Source of the DNA: an uncultured delta proteobacterium
GTDB lineage: Bacteria; Desulfobacterota; Desulfomonilia; UBA1062
DNA: 64,000 nucleotides
Assembly: GCA_963752595.1 (NCBI GenBank)
Contig: CAVVYZ010000009.1
Coordinates: 256,001-320,000 of the forward strand
Direction: 5' to 3'
Position numbers and translations under genes: made by a program. This document shows positions 9,064-20,610 of this stretch, one piece after another (within the stretch, counting starts at the first letter, position 1; every line of letters starts with the position of its first letter). The notes under the pieces are model-generated. The model was not told where the DNA came from and did no database searches. It saw only the letters and a list, made by a program, of their open reading frames with translations.

Positions 9064-11248
9064 TTATTTTTCTTCCCTGAACTTTTTCTTCTTCTTCGCC
9101 ATGTCCACAAGGAGATCGGGCGGCGTATACAGGACCCCGAACCGTTCCTCGAGCCTATTCATCTTGTCTGTGATGGTCTGTGCGCCCACGAGGTCGATGT
9201 ACCGGAAGGGGCCTCCGGTAAATGGCGGGAAACCGAGACCGAACACCGCGCCGATGTCGCCGTCCCTGGCGCAGGAGATGATGCCTTCCTGGAGGCAGAG
9301 CACCGCCTCACCGATCATCGCAAGGGAGAGACGGTCCTGGATCTCCGCGGTGTCAAAGACCTTTCTCGTTCCTCCTAAAATTTCGTACACCTCCGGATTG
9401 ACCGGCTTGCCGCCTTTTTTCCTGCCGCCGATAAAAGGCAGGCCCTTCTTCTTCGGGGCATCGTAGAGATAGAACCCCTTATTGTTCTTCCTGCCCTTGA
9501 AGCCCTTTTCGAAGAGCTTGGTGTACCCGTCAGATCCCTGCAACCCTCTGGAGGTGAAGAGATTTTTGATCTCCCCTTTTGCCACATGGGCAGCGACATC
9601 GATGCCCAGCTCATCCACGAGCGTGATGGGCCCCACGGGGTAGCCGAAGAGCTTCATGGCCTTGTCGATCTCCTTGGGGTCCGCACCCTCTTCCACGAGC
9701 TTGATGGATTCGTTCAGGAGCGGGACGAGGATGCGGGTGGTGTAAAACCCGGGGCCGTCCTTGACCACGATGCAGGTCTTGCCCTGCATGATCCCGAATT
9801 CCAGGGCCGTTGCCTCGACCCAGTCCGCCGTCTTATCCGTCACGATGATTTCCAGCAGGGGCATCTTGGGTACCGGCGAGAAATAGTGCATGCCCACTAC
9901 ATTCTCGGGCCTCTTGCACCCTTGGGCAATGTGCGAGATCGGAAGCGCCGAGGTGTTGGAGGCGAAGACCGTTTCACTGCCGGTTGCAGCCTCCACGTCG
10001 GCAAGCACCTTACGTTTAAGGTTCAGATCCTCGAATACCGCCTCGATGACGATGCCGGTATTCCTGAAATTCGCATAATCGTCGCAGGCAATGAGTTTCC
10101 CGTAGCGGGCATCCCGCTCGAATTTCGTGATGGCACCCGATCTTGCCTGCTTTTCAAGGCCTTTCCAGATCTCCTTCATGCCCTTGGCAGCGGCCTCGAT
10201 GGAGATGTCTTTCATGAGGATGGTCTCGGCAATGCCGGAGGAAACCGAGGCAATGCCGTGCCCCATGAGCCCGCACCCCAGGACGGCCATCTTCCTTACC
10301 GGCCGTGCCTTGTCCTTCATGGGATTTTTCTTGAGGTCGGTCATGCCCTCGAACAAACTCCGGAGCGCACCCGACTTCGGGTCCATGACCAGCTTCGCAA
10401 AGGTCCTGATATCGTTTTCCAGGCCCTGCCGAACCCCGTGCTTCAGCCCGTACTCAACCGAAGAAATGATGGCAAAGGCTGCAGGATAGTGACCTTGCGT
10501 CTGCCTCATCACCTGCTCGCGTGCCTTGCCGAACACGAAGCTCCTGCCCAGCGATGTCTCCTGGAGCGCCCGGTTGACCGTCGCATCCATGATCTTTTCC
10601 TGCATGGACCGCTTCTTATGCGATTCTTACCCCCCCGTCGGCAAGCTGGAGGGCCTTGGCCACAGCCATATTCTTCATCCCGTGGGGGATCACGATCTCG
10701 TCGATGATGCCCAGTTTCAGTGCTTTTTTCGGCCTGACATTCGCACCCGTGAGCATCAGGGGCAGCGCATTGATAAGGCCGATGAGACGGGGGAGACGCT
10801 GGGTCCCTCCGGCAGCCGGAATCAGGCCGAGCTGCACTTCAGGCAACCCCATGACCGTTTTCGTGGAATCCGATGCCATGCGGTAATCTGCCACCAGGGC
10901 GAGTTCGAGCCCTCCCCCGAGGCAGTTCCCGTGAATTGCGCACACCACCGGGATCGATAAGGTTTCAATCCTGCGTAAGACTTCGTGGGCTTTCGAGATA
11001 TAGATGACGACCTCGGCAGGGGTCTTCATGGCATTGAGCTCGTCCACATCCGCACCCACCACGAAATTGTCATCCTTGCCGCTTACGATGACGAGCCCTT
11101 TGAGGCCTGCATCTTTCTCTATATCATCGAGCAGCCCCGATATTTCTTCGAGCAGGCCGCTGGACACCTTGTTCACCTTTGAATCCGGGCAGTCGATGGT
11201 GACCGCCATGACATTGCTCTCTGTTTTCTCCACCTGCAGGTACTTCAT
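9064..11248 (-). CDS. fadJ: Multifunctional enoyl-CoA hydratase/3-hydroxyacyl-CoA dehydrogenase (FadJ/FadB type), split by an indel at about 10620-10635
   Basis: ORF 10616-11248 is a crotonase (GNCLGGGLELAL, LPEVQLGLIPAAGGTQRLPRLIG). ORF 9064-10605 holds the remainder with GCGLMG, ASNTSAL and GMHYFSPV. The junction lies next to a C7 run. Confidence 0.88.
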
Positions 11249-11269
11249 GGTATCAAGCCTCCGTGTGAT

Positions 11270-12589
11270 TTAATTGGCATTTTCGAAGATGATGGCATTC
11301 CCCAAGGCTCCGGCCCCACACCCGGAAATAACGCCGAACTGGGCTCCTTCGTCGATCATCCGGTTGCAGCAGGTCGTCACGAGCCTGCCTCCCGTGGCTC
11401 CGAAGGGATGGCCAAGGGACAGCGAGCCTCCGTAGATATTGAGCTTGTCCATGTCGATCTCGCCCACTGCCTTGCTCAAACCGAGCTTTTCATGAGCGAA
11501 CTGCGCGGATGCGAGGCATTTGACATTGGCAACCATCTGGACCGCAAAGGCCTCGTGAATTTCGAAAACCCCGATATCGGAAAGCGCCAACCCCGCCTTG
11601 TCCAGGGCCTTCGGGATGGTGAATGCAGGGCCCAAGAGCAGCTCTTCCACAAGATCCTGGCCCGAGTATGCATAGGAAACGATGTAGGCCTTGGGCTTCA
11701 ACCCGAGAGCTCTGGCTTTTTCCTCGCTCATGAGCAGAACCGCGGTGCCTCCGTCGGTGAGGAACGAGGAATTTGCAGCTGTGACCGTACCATACTTCTT
11801 GTCGAATGCCCCTTTGAGCTTGCCCAGCTTTTCCATGGAGGCGTCCTCACGGGGCCCGTTGTCGTATTCGATGGGCTTGTCCTTGCCGGGTACGACCACA
11901 GGGACGACCTCTTTCTTCATGAGTCCATTCTTTTCCGCCCTGGCAGCCCTGAGGTGGGACTGGACAGCAAACGCATCCTGCTCCTGACGGGATATCCCGA
12001 GACGCTTGGCAAGCCTTTCCGCATTCTGGCCCATGAGGAGCCCCGTGGAATATTCGCTCGCCGCAGGTTTGTCCGGCAGGACAAAATCGACAGGCCTCAT
12101 CTTAAGGATCCGTTTGAATGTCTCGGCAAGATTCTTCGGCCGGTGATACATGGTCATATCGAGGAGAAACCTGCGGTATTTCCTGGAGACTTTGATGGCG
12201 GCATCCGAGAAGGTTTCCACTCCTCCTGCGATTATGGTATCGGCATTGCCCGTTGCGATCATATTGGCGCCGTTTACCACCGCCACATTGGCGGAAACGC
12301 ATGCAAGCGTGCAGGTATGTGCGGGAACACTTTCCGGCAGGCCTGCCCCGAGCGCAATCTCCCTGGCAACATTCGTCGTGGCCATGTCGGTCGCGACGCA
12401 GCCCATCATGACATGGTCGATCTCTTTGGGATCCATCCCGGTCCTTACCAGAAGCCCCTTCACGGCAAAGCGGCCGAGCTCCCATGCCATGAGGTCATAA
12501 TATCCGGTTCCGGACCTCTGAAAGGGGATCCTGCACCCGTCGATGACTGCAACCCTTCTTGATGTCTGCTTCTTCCATTTTCGCGCCAT
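11270..12589 (-). CDS. fadI: Acetyl-CoA C-acyltransferase (thiolase, FadI/TFE-beta type)
   Basis: NVAREIALGAG, TLACVSAN catalytic Cys, EIHEAFA, GGSLSLGHPFGATGGRL. Confidence 0.92.
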   Translation of the reverse strand: MARKWKKQTSRRVAVIDGCRIPFQRSGTGYYDLMAWELGRFAVKGLLVRTGMDPKEIDHVMMGCVATDMATTNVAREIALGAGLPESVPAHTCTLACVSANVAVVNGANMIATGNADTIIAGGVETFSDAAIKVSRKYRRFLLDMTMYHRPKNLAETFKRILKMRPVDFVLPDKPAASEYSTGLLMGQNAERLAKRLGISRQEQDAFAVQSHLRAARAEKNGLMKKEVVPVVVPGKDKPIEYDNGPREDASMEKLGKLKGAFDKKYGTVTAANSSFLTDGGTAVLLMSEEKARALGLKPKAYIVSYAYSGQDLVEELLLGPAFTIPKALDKAGLALSDIGVFEIHEAFAVQMVANVKCLASAQFAHEKLGLSKAVGEIDMDKLNIYGGSLSLGHPFGATGGRLVTTCCNRMIDEGAQFGVISGCGAGALGNAIIFENAN

Positions 12590-12614
12590 TTTTTAAGAAA
12601 CCTCCTTTTTTTCT

Positions 12615-13766
12615 TTACAGCCCGAGCTGCCTGCTGATGATGAGCAGCATTATTTCCGAAGTCCCGGCATAGATGGTCTGGACCTTTGCGTCGCGGAACA
12701 TTCTGGCGATGGGGTATTCTTCCATGTAGCCGTACCCGCCGTGGAACTGCACGCACTGGCCCACCACCCGGTTGAGCATCTCGCAGATCCAGTATTTGGC
12801 CATGGACGCCCGCTTGACATCGAGCTTCCTGTCCAGATGGTCGATGAGGCAGCTTTCAAGGAAGGCCCTCCCGAGCTCTACCTCGGTCGCCATCTTTGCA
12901 AGCTCGAAAGAGATGTACTGGTGCCTGCTGACGGGCCTGCCGAAGGCCTCCCTGGTTCTTGTATAATCAAGGGTAATACGAAGCGCTTCTTCCGCGCCCA
13001 CTTGGGAACCCATGGCGCACACGAGCCTTTCCTGCTGGAGCTTCTCCATGAGATAGTAGAACCCTGCCCCTTCTTTTCCCAGCAGGTTTGCAGCCGGCAC
13101 GCGGCAGTCAACGAATGCCATTTCCGCGGTATCCTGGGAGTGCAGCCCGATTTTCTCGAGCCTCCTCCCCTTTTCGAAGCCTAAGGTCCCGTCTTCCACC
13201 ACGATGAGCGACATGCCCTCATACGGTGATGCAGAGCCCGGATTGGTGACCGCGGCCACGATGACCAGGTCGCAGGACAGGCCGTTCGAGATGAAGGTCT
13301 TCTGGCCGTTGATGATGAAGTCGTCTCCGTCCCTGACTGCACTCGTGCGCATTGCCGCAAGGTCGGACCCGGTTCCCGGCTCGGTCATGGCCACCGCAGT
13401 GATGATGTCGCCTGTCACGCATCCGGGGAGCCATTTGTCTTTCTGCTCACTGGTGCCGTAGTTGAAGAGGTAAGGTACGATGATGTCCGAGTGCAGAGGA
13501 AAGAAGAACCCGCCGCAGCGCGTCCTGGCCAGTTCTTCGGTCAGGATGAACGAATAGAGAAAGTCGGCCCCGACGCCGCCGTACTCCTCGGGAAGCCAGG
13601 GGCACAGGAATCCCTGATCGCCCATCTTTTTCCATACCGACCGAGGGACCAGGCCTTCCTTTTCCCACGTGTCGGCATACGGAGCGACCTCTTTTTCAAA
13701 GAATTTCCGGACCGCATTGCGGAACTGATTATGTTCATCGGTATAGTATCTGTCGAGCAGCGGCAT
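12615..13766 (-). CDS. Acyl-CoA dehydrogenase
   Basis: AMTEPGTGSDL, INGQKTFISNG, CVQFHGGYGYMEEYPIAR, IYAGTSEIM. Confidence 0.95.
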   Translation of the reverse strand: MPLLDRYYTDEHNQFRNAVRKFFEKEVAPYADTWEKEGLVPRSVWKKMGDQGFLCPWLPEEYGGVGADFLYSFILTEELARTRCGGFFFPLHSDIIVPYLFNYGTSEQKDKWLPGCVTGDIITAVAMTEPGTGSDLAAMRTSAVRDGDDFIINGQKTFISNGLSCDLVIVAAVTNPGSASPYEGMSLIVVEDGTLGFEKGRRLEKIGLHSQDTAEMAFVDCRVPAANLLGKEGAGFYYLMEKLQQERLVCAMGSQVGAEEALRITLDYTRTREAFGRPVSRHQYISFELAKMATEVELGRAFLESCLIDHLDRKLDVKRASMAKYWICEMLNRVVGQCVQFHGGYGYMEEYPIARMFRDAKVQTIYAGTSEIMLLIISRQLGL

Positions 13767-13782
13767 GCATTCCTCCTTTTCC

Positions 13783-15414
13783 TCACGCAACCTGTGCAGG
13801 CTTGATCTCCCCGTCCGCAAGCATCCGGCGCAATTCCCGCTTGTTGAACTTGCCGACGCTGGTCTTGGGGATTTCGGGCAGAAATATGAAATCATCCGGG
13901 ATCCACCAGGAAGCCTTGACCCTACTTTTAAGGAAATGCTTCAGCTCTTCCGGGGTCACGGTCTGCCCTGCAGCCGCGGTCACGCATGCAAGGGGCCGCT
14001 CCTGCCACTTGGGGTGCGGTATCCCGATGATGGCCGCCTCTGCGACCTTGGGGTGCGCCATGATCTCGTTTTCCAGGTCAACGGACGAGATCCACTCCCC
14101 TGCGCTCTTGATGAGGTCCTTGGTCCGGTCAACGAGCCTCACATAGCCTTCCTCGTCAATGGTGGCCACATCGCCGGTATGGTACCATCCGCCGGAAAAG
14201 GCGATCTCGGAGCGCACCGGGTCTTTGTAGTACTCGTTGGCTATCCACGGCCCCCTCAACCAGATCTCTCCCCATTCCTTGCCGTCCATCTTGACTTCAT
14301 ATCCTTCGGTGTTCACGATCTTCATCTCCAGGCCCATGACCAGGAGACCCACGCTGCAGCAGACGTCATAGAGCTCTTCTGCGCTTCTGCCCTGCATGTA
14401 GCTCTTGGGAATTGCAGCGGTGACGAGCGGGGTGGTCTCGGTGGAACCGTAGGCCTGCTTGATGGGGAAGCTGTATTTCTCGGTAAAGGCGATGAGCAGA
14501 TTCCGCGGCAGGGCAGACCCTCCGCTCACGATGTTTCGCAGCGACGAGAAATCATGCTTGCCGCCCTTTTCCAGGTAATCATAGAGAAGCATCCAGATCG
14601 TGGGCACACCCGCGGTGAAGGTAACCTTTTCTTCGGCGATCATCCCGCAGAGCTTCTCCATGTTGATGACCTCCCTGCCGGGCAGGACCTGTTTGCACCC
14701 TGCACCCACGCCTGCAAACGGGCCACACCATGCATTGGCATGGAACATGGGTACGATGTGGAGGATGCAGTCCGACTCTCCGGCCCCGAAGGTGGTCGCG
14801 ACGGCATAGCTGTGGAGCACGATGGCCCGGTGCGAATATACCACCCCCTTGGGGTCGCCGGTAGTGGCGGAGGTATAACAGATGAGCGCCGGGTCCCACT
14901 CGCTCAAGTCTATGGGAAAATCGTACTCTTCGGGGAAATCTTTGATCAGGTCGTCGTAGAGCACGATGTTCTCGATGCTGGTGGGAGGCATCTTTCCGGT
15001 ATGGGAGAGCACCACGACCTTTTCAACGGTTTTGAGCTGGTCTTTTGCCGCTTCAAGAAATAAGAGAAGGTCCTCATCCACGAACACCACCTTGTCCTCG
15101 GCATGATTGATGATGTACACCAGGTGGTTCTGCGGCAGCCTGAAATTTACCGTATGGAGCACGGCCCCATAGCACGGCACGCCGAAGTACAGCTCCAGGT
15201 GCCGGTGGTCGTTCAGGGCCAAGCTCGCCACCCGGTCCCCCCGCTTGATCCCCAGGGATTTCAGGGCATGCCCGAGCTGGCAGACCCGCTTGTAGTAATC
15301 CCCATAGGTATAGCGGAACACTCCCTCGGGATAGACCGAGACAATCTCCTTTTTCGAGAAATATCGCGCCGCCCTCAAGAGGAATGTCCTCAGCAGCAGA
15401 GCATAGTCCATCAT
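13783..15414 (-). CDS. Medium/long-chain fatty acid-CoA ligase (AlkK-like)
   Basis: YTSATTGDPKG AMP-binding motif, PMFHANAW, YGSTET, HTGDVA, KTSVGK. Confidence 0.93.
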   Translation of the reverse strand: MMDYALLLRTFLLRAARYFSKKEIVSVYPEGVFRYTYGDYYKRVCQLGHALKSLGIKRGDRVASLALNDHRHLELYFGVPCYGAVLHTVNFRLPQNHLVYIINHAEDKVVFVDEDLLLFLEAAKDQLKTVEKVVVLSHTGKMPPTSIENIVLYDDLIKDFPEEYDFPIDLSEWDPALICYTSATTGDPKGVVYSHRAIVLHSYAVATTFGAGESDCILHIVPMFHANAWCGPFAGVGAGCKQVLPGREVINMEKLCGMIAEEKVTFTAGVPTIWMLLYDYLEKGGKHDFSSLRNIVSGGSALPRNLLIAFTEKYSFPIKQAYGSTETTPLVTAAIPKSYMQGRSAEELYDVCCSVGLLVMGLEMKIVNTEGYEVKMDGKEWGEIWLRGPWIANEYYKDPVRSEIAFSGGWYHTGDVATIDEEGYVRLVDRTKDLIKSAGEWISSVDLENEIMAHPKVAEAAIIGIPHPKWQERPLACVTAAAGQTVTPEELKHFLKSRVKASWWIPDDFIFLPEIPKTSVGKFNKRELRRMLADGEIKPAQVA

Positions 15415-15574
15415 AGAGAAACCTCCATTGCAGATAGTATTATTGTAAGACAATAGTATTATAGTCACAACACCCCATACGTTTCAAGCCAAAAGATATT
15501 TTTCTTGCTCAGGCCATGAAAAAAGCTATTAAGTATCCTATGAATAATGCTGTCATAAAGCCGGGAGGCTCCAT

Positions 15575-17167
15575 ATGACCGGTGTCTTTGCATTGCTGCT
15601 CCATGCCCATATCCCCTACTGCCGCAAGTCCGGCGTCTGGCCTGCAGGCGAGGAGTGGCTCTTCGAGGCCATGAACGAGACGTATATCCCGCTGCTCAAG
15701 GTCTTGCGCTCCCTGCATTACGACGGCATACACCCCCGTATCATGATCAGCCTGGTCCCCATACTTATGGAGCAGCTCGCCGACGAGTACATGAAGGACC
15801 GTTTCTGCGAATACATGCAGGATAAGATCCGGCGCGCCCGATCCGACACCGCCCGCTTCCGGTCGGACCCTGCCAGGCTTGCCGTGGCCAGGTACTGGCT
15901 GGAAACATTCGAGAGCAATTATAGTCTCTATACCTCGGATTTTTACCGCGACATCCTCGGAACCCTGAAACGGCTCCAGGATGAAGGTGTCGTGGAGGTG
16001 CTCACCTCCGCCGCAACCCATGGGTTCCTGCCGCTTTTCGAGAATGACAGCGCGGTTTACAGCCAGGTGCGCCTGGGCATCCTTACCTACGAGAAATATT
16101 TCGGAAGGAAGCCTCGCGGGTTCTGGCTTCCCGAATGTGCGTACCGGCCGGCCGAATGGTCTCCCAAGGGACACTACATGCGCAAAAGCATCGACCAGTG
16201 GCTTGCCGGAGAAGGGATTGAGTATTTCTTCGTGGAAAGTGTCGGCATCGAAGGCGCCTCCTTCGTGGAAAACCGCCACCAGGAGACCAACCCGACCACC
16301 ATGCGGGGATATCTCCTGCCCTCGGGTGTGTCGGCATTCGGAAGGAATGAGGCAACCGGCAAACAGGTCTGGTCTCCGGAGATAGGATACCCGGGCGATC
16401 CGTACTACCTCGAATTTCACAAAAAAGACCACGAGTCGGGCCTGCATTGCTGGCGCGTGAGCGGCCGACCCGAGAAAGATGTCTATGACCCGGCGGCGGC
16501 GAGCAAGAGCGTGCAGCACCATGCCCGGCATTTCATATCGCTGCTGGAAGGAGTATTCGAGCAGACAAGCATTTCCGAGGCAAAGCCCGTTATCGTGTCC
16601 CCTTACGACTGCGAACTCTTCGGGCACTGGTGGCACGAAGGGGTCGCCTTCATCGAGCAGGTCTATCGCCTGCTCGCGCAAAGGAGCTCGGTAGATACCA
16701 TGAGCCTGTCCGAATACATCGACCGCTACCGGAAAAGCTTCTCCACCATAGCCATGGAGGCCGGCACCTGGGGCCTGAACTCGGATTTCACGGTCTGGCT
16801 GAGCCCGGAACACGGGTGGATCTGGCCTTATATCAATTCGTCATCTGTGGATATGGAACAGACCCTGTCTTTAGCGGCACCCGATGACGATCGGGGGCGC
16901 CGGATCATTGCCCAGATGGGACGCGAACTTCTCCTCATGCAGGGAAGCGACTGGCCGTTTTTGCTCTTTACCCTGCAGGCCAAGGAATACGCCAACCAGC
17001 GCTTCCACCACCATCACCAGCGCTTCCGGAAACTCTTCTGGGCCGCCCAGGGCCTGCACGATCACAGCCGGATGCCGGACCGTGAGCTGTGGCAGATCGA
17101 GGATGTGGACTGCCCATGGCAGGATCTCGATACCGGACTTTTCAGGCACCGGCAGGACCCTGCTTGA
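15575..17167 (+). CDS. GH57 1,4-alpha-glucan branching enzyme (DUF1957)
   Basis: LHAHIPY, EEWLFEA..ETYIP, FWLPECAY (nucleophile Glu), PYDCELFGHWWHEG, QGSDWPF. Confidence 0.92.
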   Translation: MTGVFALLLHAHIPYCRKSGVWPAGEEWLFEAMNETYIPLLKVLRSLHYDGIHPRIMISLVPILMEQLADEYMKDRFCEYMQDKIRRARSDTARFRSDPARLAVARYWLETFESNYSLYTSDFYRDILGTLKRLQDEGVVEVLTSAATHGFLPLFENDSAVYSQVRLGILTYEKYFGRKPRGFWLPECAYRPAEWSPKGHYMRKSIDQWLAGEGIEYFFVESVGIEGASFVENRHQETNPTTMRGYLLPSGVSAFGRNEATGKQVWSPEIGYPGDPYYLEFHKKDHESGLHCWRVSGRPEKDVYDPAAASKSVQHHARHFISLLEGVFEQTSISEAKPVIVSPYDCELFGHWWHEGVAFIEQVYRLLAQRSSVDTMSLSEYIDRYRKSFSTIAMEAGTWGLNSDFTVWLSPEHGWIWPYINSSSVDMEQTLSLAAPDDDRGRRIIAQMGRELLLMQGSDWPFLLFTLQAKEYANQRFHHHHQRFRKLFWAAQGLHDHSRMPDRELWQIEDVDCPWQDLDTGLFRHRQDPA

Positions 17168-17302
17168 CACAGGCCTCATGCCCGCCTTTTAAGCACGAGA
17201 GAGAAATACCTTGCAAAGCAAAAGGATTTTGAGCCATAAGATATGCCCTGGTAATAGAGCATGGTTTTTGTATAGATTCCCCCAACATCGGAAGGATTTG
17301 CC

Positions 17303-18403
17303 ATGGACAAGGTGATTGCAGTCTTGGAGGGCGACGGGATAGGGCCGGAGATCGTCCGGGAAGCCGTCAAGGTGCTCCGCGCGGTCGAGCAGAAACACCA
17401 TCATCACTTCACGCTGAATTATGCCCCCTTCGGGGCCAAGGCCTATTTTACCGAAGGATCGCCCTTCCCGGAGAATACGAAAAAAATCTGCGACGAGGCC
17501 GATGTGATCATCAAGGGTCCGGTGGGCTTGCCGTTGGATGAGATGGACTCCATACCCCCGGAACATCGTCCGGAGATCGGCGCAATCCTTCCCCTTCGGA
17601 GCCGCTATGATACGTTCGCGAATTTCAGGCCGGTGAGGCTGCCCAGGAGCCTTGCTTCTTTTTCGCCGCTCAAAGCCGGGATCGTCGGCGACGGCATCGA
17701 CATCCTCATGATCCGGGAACTGGTGGGCGGCATCTACTTCGGAAATAAGATCGAAGGGCCTTCCACAGGGATGCGCTACTCGACCGATGAATGCACCTAC
17801 ACGGAAGAGCAGGTCAGGAGGGTAGCGGTTGTTGCCTTTGAAGAAGCCCGCAAGCGGTCTTCCCTGCTCACCAATATCCACAAGGCAAACATCCTCGCCA
17901 CCTCCCGCTTCTGGAAAGAGATCGTCGAAGAGGTTGCTCTGCAGTTCCCCGATGTGCCCTATCGCTCCATGCTGGTGGACAACGCAGCCTACCAGCTCAT
18001 CAAGAACCCTGTCCAGTTCAACGGCGTGGTGCTGCTGGAGAACATGCAGGGCGATATACTCACGGACCAGGCCGGCGGGATCATCGGCTCGCTGGGACTG
18101 ATGCCTTCTGCCTGCATCGGGCCGCGCAAAAGCTATGTGGAGCCGGCTCACGGGTCGGCACCCGATATCGCGAACAGAAACATCGCCAACCCCTATTCCA
18201 TGATCGGAAGTCTGGCGCTCATGTTCGACCGGTGCTTGAGCCTCCCGGATGAGGCGAGCGAGGTATGGAATGCCCTTTTCCAGGTGTTCGAACAGGGATA
18301 CACCACGGCCGACCTCACGGAAGGGCCGGGCGATACCAAAAAGACTCTCTCCACGAGCGAGTTCGGCGACATGGTCGCAGACATCATTCTCCGGAATCCC
18401 TAA
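17303..18403 (+). CDS. leuB: 3-isopropylmalate dehydrogenase
   Basis: GDGIGPEI, IRELVGGIYFG, HKANIL, EPAHGSAPDIA. Confidence 0.9.
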   Translation: MDKVIAVLEGDGIGPEIVREAVKVLRAVEQKHHHHFTLNYAPFGAKAYFTEGSPFPENTKKICDEADVIIKGPVGLPLDEMDSIPPEHRPEIGAILPLRSRYDTFANFRPVRLPRSLASFSPLKAGIVGDGIDILMIRELVGGIYFGNKIEGPSTGMRYSTDECTYTEEQVRRVAVVAFEEARKRSSLLTNIHKANILATSRFWKEIVEEVALQFPDVPYRSMLVDNAAYQLIKNPVQFNGVVLLENMQGDILTDQAGGIIGSLGLMPSACIGPRKSYVEPAHGSAPDIANRNIANPYSMIGSLALMFDRCLSLPDEASEVWNALFQVFEQGYTTADLTEGPGDTKKTLSTSEFGDMVADIILRNP

Positions 18404-18481
18404 AAGCAGAAACATCCTTTGCCAAGAGCATCTGATGCGGGCAGGGGGTTAACGTTAGATAAATGAGCAGGAGGAAAGGCC

Positions 18482-18763
18482 ATGGTTACCGCAATCATCC
18501 TTTTACAGGTCACCCGCGAGCGCATCAATGCAATCGCCGAAGAGCTTGCCGACACCGAAGGAATGTCCGAGGTCTTCTCGGTGAGCGGACGCTATGACCT
18601 GGTGGCAGTTGCACGGGTCAAAGACAACGAAGAGCTCGCAGACCTCGTCACGAACCGCATGGCAAAGATAAGCGGGATAACCGCCTCCGAGACCATGCTC
18701 GCCTTCCGCGCATTTTCCCGGCACGATCTCGAAGGCATGTTCGCGGTCGGGTTCGGAGAATAA
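18482..18763 (+). CDS. Stand-alone Lrp/AsnC ligand-binding (RAM) domain protein
   Basis: MVTAIILL..EVFSVSGRYDLVA..GITASET; no HTH. Confidence 0.88.
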   Translation: MVTAIILLQVTRERINAIAEELADTEGMSEVFSVSGRYDLVAVARVKDNEELADLVTNRMAKISGITASETMLAFRAFSRHDLEGMFAVGFGE

Positions 18764-18871
18764 GCCTCTTTCCCGTCGTTCCAGCAGAAGCTAAAAGATT
18801 CAGGAAGCAAAAATAACCCCCTGGCATCCGCCTTTGCGGGTGATTGCAGACCAGCCAGGGGGCTATCTTCT

Positions 18872-20120
18872 TTACTCGTACACCTTTTCCTCGGTCTCGT
18901 GGGCGTTGAGCGCGTCCTCTTCAACGTCGCGCACGTCTTCCTTGGAAAGGACCTTGAAGTATTCCTTGTACCACTCGTTCTGGATGATGAGCTGCATGAT
19001 CTCGTTGGTGCCCACCCAGATCATGGAGAGCCTGATGTCGCGCACGATGCGCTCCAGGGGGTAGACGCTCGTGTAGCCGATCCCGCCGACCGACTGCATG
19101 CATTTGTTCGCGATCTCCCATGCGGATTCGGTCACGAATTTCTTGCTCTGGGATACCATCCGCCTCACCCTTCCGGGATGGACGGTGCCTGAATCCACTG
19201 CCCGGCAGGTGGTGTAGACCATGGACCTTGCCGCATCGAGCAGGAGCACGCAGTCCGCGACCTTGAAACCCACAGCCTGGAAGTTCTGGATGGGGAATCC
19301 GAATGCCTTGCGCTTGGCGGTGTAGCGCGTGGCGATCTCTATTGCGGGCCGTACCGACCCGATGGTCATGGCAGCGGTCCCGAGCCGCTCCGGGATCATC
19401 ATACGAACGAACACGTCATAGCCCCCGTTGATCCCGTTCAGTGCATAGCGCTCCGGCACCCGGACATCGCGGAGCATGAGCCTGCCTGCGCCGCCCCCGC
19501 GTACTCCCATGAGGCCGTAGATGTACTTGCTCTCCACGCCTTCGGTCCGGGGCACCATGAAAGCAGTCATGCGCCTGTGCGGAGGCGCGGTCGGGTCGGT
19601 CACGGCATAGACCAGGAACCAGTCGGCCCCTTCTGCACCCACGATGAAGCGCTTCTGCCCGTTGATGATCCAGTCGTCGCCGTCTTTCTTCGCATAGGTG
19701 GTTGCCCCGAAGAAATCCGAGCCGCCTCTCGGCTCGGTGAGGCCTTCCGCAGCAAAGGTCTCGCCCTTGAGCAGGGGCACGACCACCGCTTGCTTGAGCT
19801 CTTCCGACCCGAACGTCGATGATCGCCTCGCATACGATGTCTGCCCCGACCCCCCACAGGCACGCCAGGGAGTAGCTTGCGACCCCTATTTCCTCTGCGA
19901 CGATGCCGTCATCCACCCAGGTCAATCCTCTTCCGCCGTACTGTTTCGGGAGGCGGATGCCGAGGAGGTTTCTCCTGCCTGCTTCCTGCAGGTATTCATG
20001 GGGGAACTGGATCTTTTCTGCGTCCATATCGAGAATGAGCTGTTTGGGAACCCACTTCGTGAACGCCCGCGCCTCGTCCCTGAGCTTTTTCTGTTCATCG
20101 GTCATGATAAAATCAAACAT
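18872..20120 (-). CDS. Acyl-CoA dehydrogenase, frameshifted at about 19815
   Basis: The N-terminus MFDFIMTDEQKKLRDEAR joins AEGLTEPRGGSD, GQKRFIVG, GGIGYT, IWVGTNEI after removal of one base. Confidence 0.88.
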
Positions 20121-20220
20121 GGCTTTCCTCCTGGTATAACAATTTGTTGTATTATTATCTCTTTCTGTTATAAGAAAGTCAACGACAATTTCCTTGCATT
20201 TTCTTTGTATCCTGAAGAAG

Positions 20221-20610
20221 ATGGGAAAAGCAGAAGAAAACAGGAGCCGTATGGGGTTCAAGGAGATCGGCAGAAAGATCCAGGCAGCGCGGGAAGACAA
20301 GGGCATGACCCAGGTGGACCTTGCCCAGGAGCTGGGCATCACCCAGGCCGCCCTGTCGAACTATGAGCTCGGCAAGCGCAGGCTCTACCTTCACCAGATC
20401 GAACAGATCGCCCGTATCCTGGGCAGGAAGCTGGATTTTTTCATTACCGGAGAGGAGAGCACCTCCCCTGCATCGCGTCCTGATCAGGAAGACGATTCCC
20501 ATGAGAAGACCTTTGCCAGGATCACCCAGCTGGATTCAGGAGAGCTTCGTTCCTTAAACGAGTTCCTCGATTATCTCGAATGGAGGAGACATCATGTTCC
20601 CGATAAATGA
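20221..20610 (+). CDS. XRE-family HTH regulator
   Basis: IGRKIQAAREDKGMTQVDLAQELGITQAALSNYELGKR. Confidence 0.92.
   Translation: MGKAEENRSRMGFKEIGRKIQAAREDKGMTQVDLAQELGITQAALSNYELGKRRLYLHQIEQIARILGRKLDFFITGEESTSPASRPDQEDDSHEKTFARITQLDSGELRSLNEFLDYLEWRRHHVPDK

Noticed and set aside
10605-10640. Programmed frameshift or natural split of fadJ at the C7 run
   Set aside because: Many other genes in the window carry similar indels, so sequencing error is more parsimonious.
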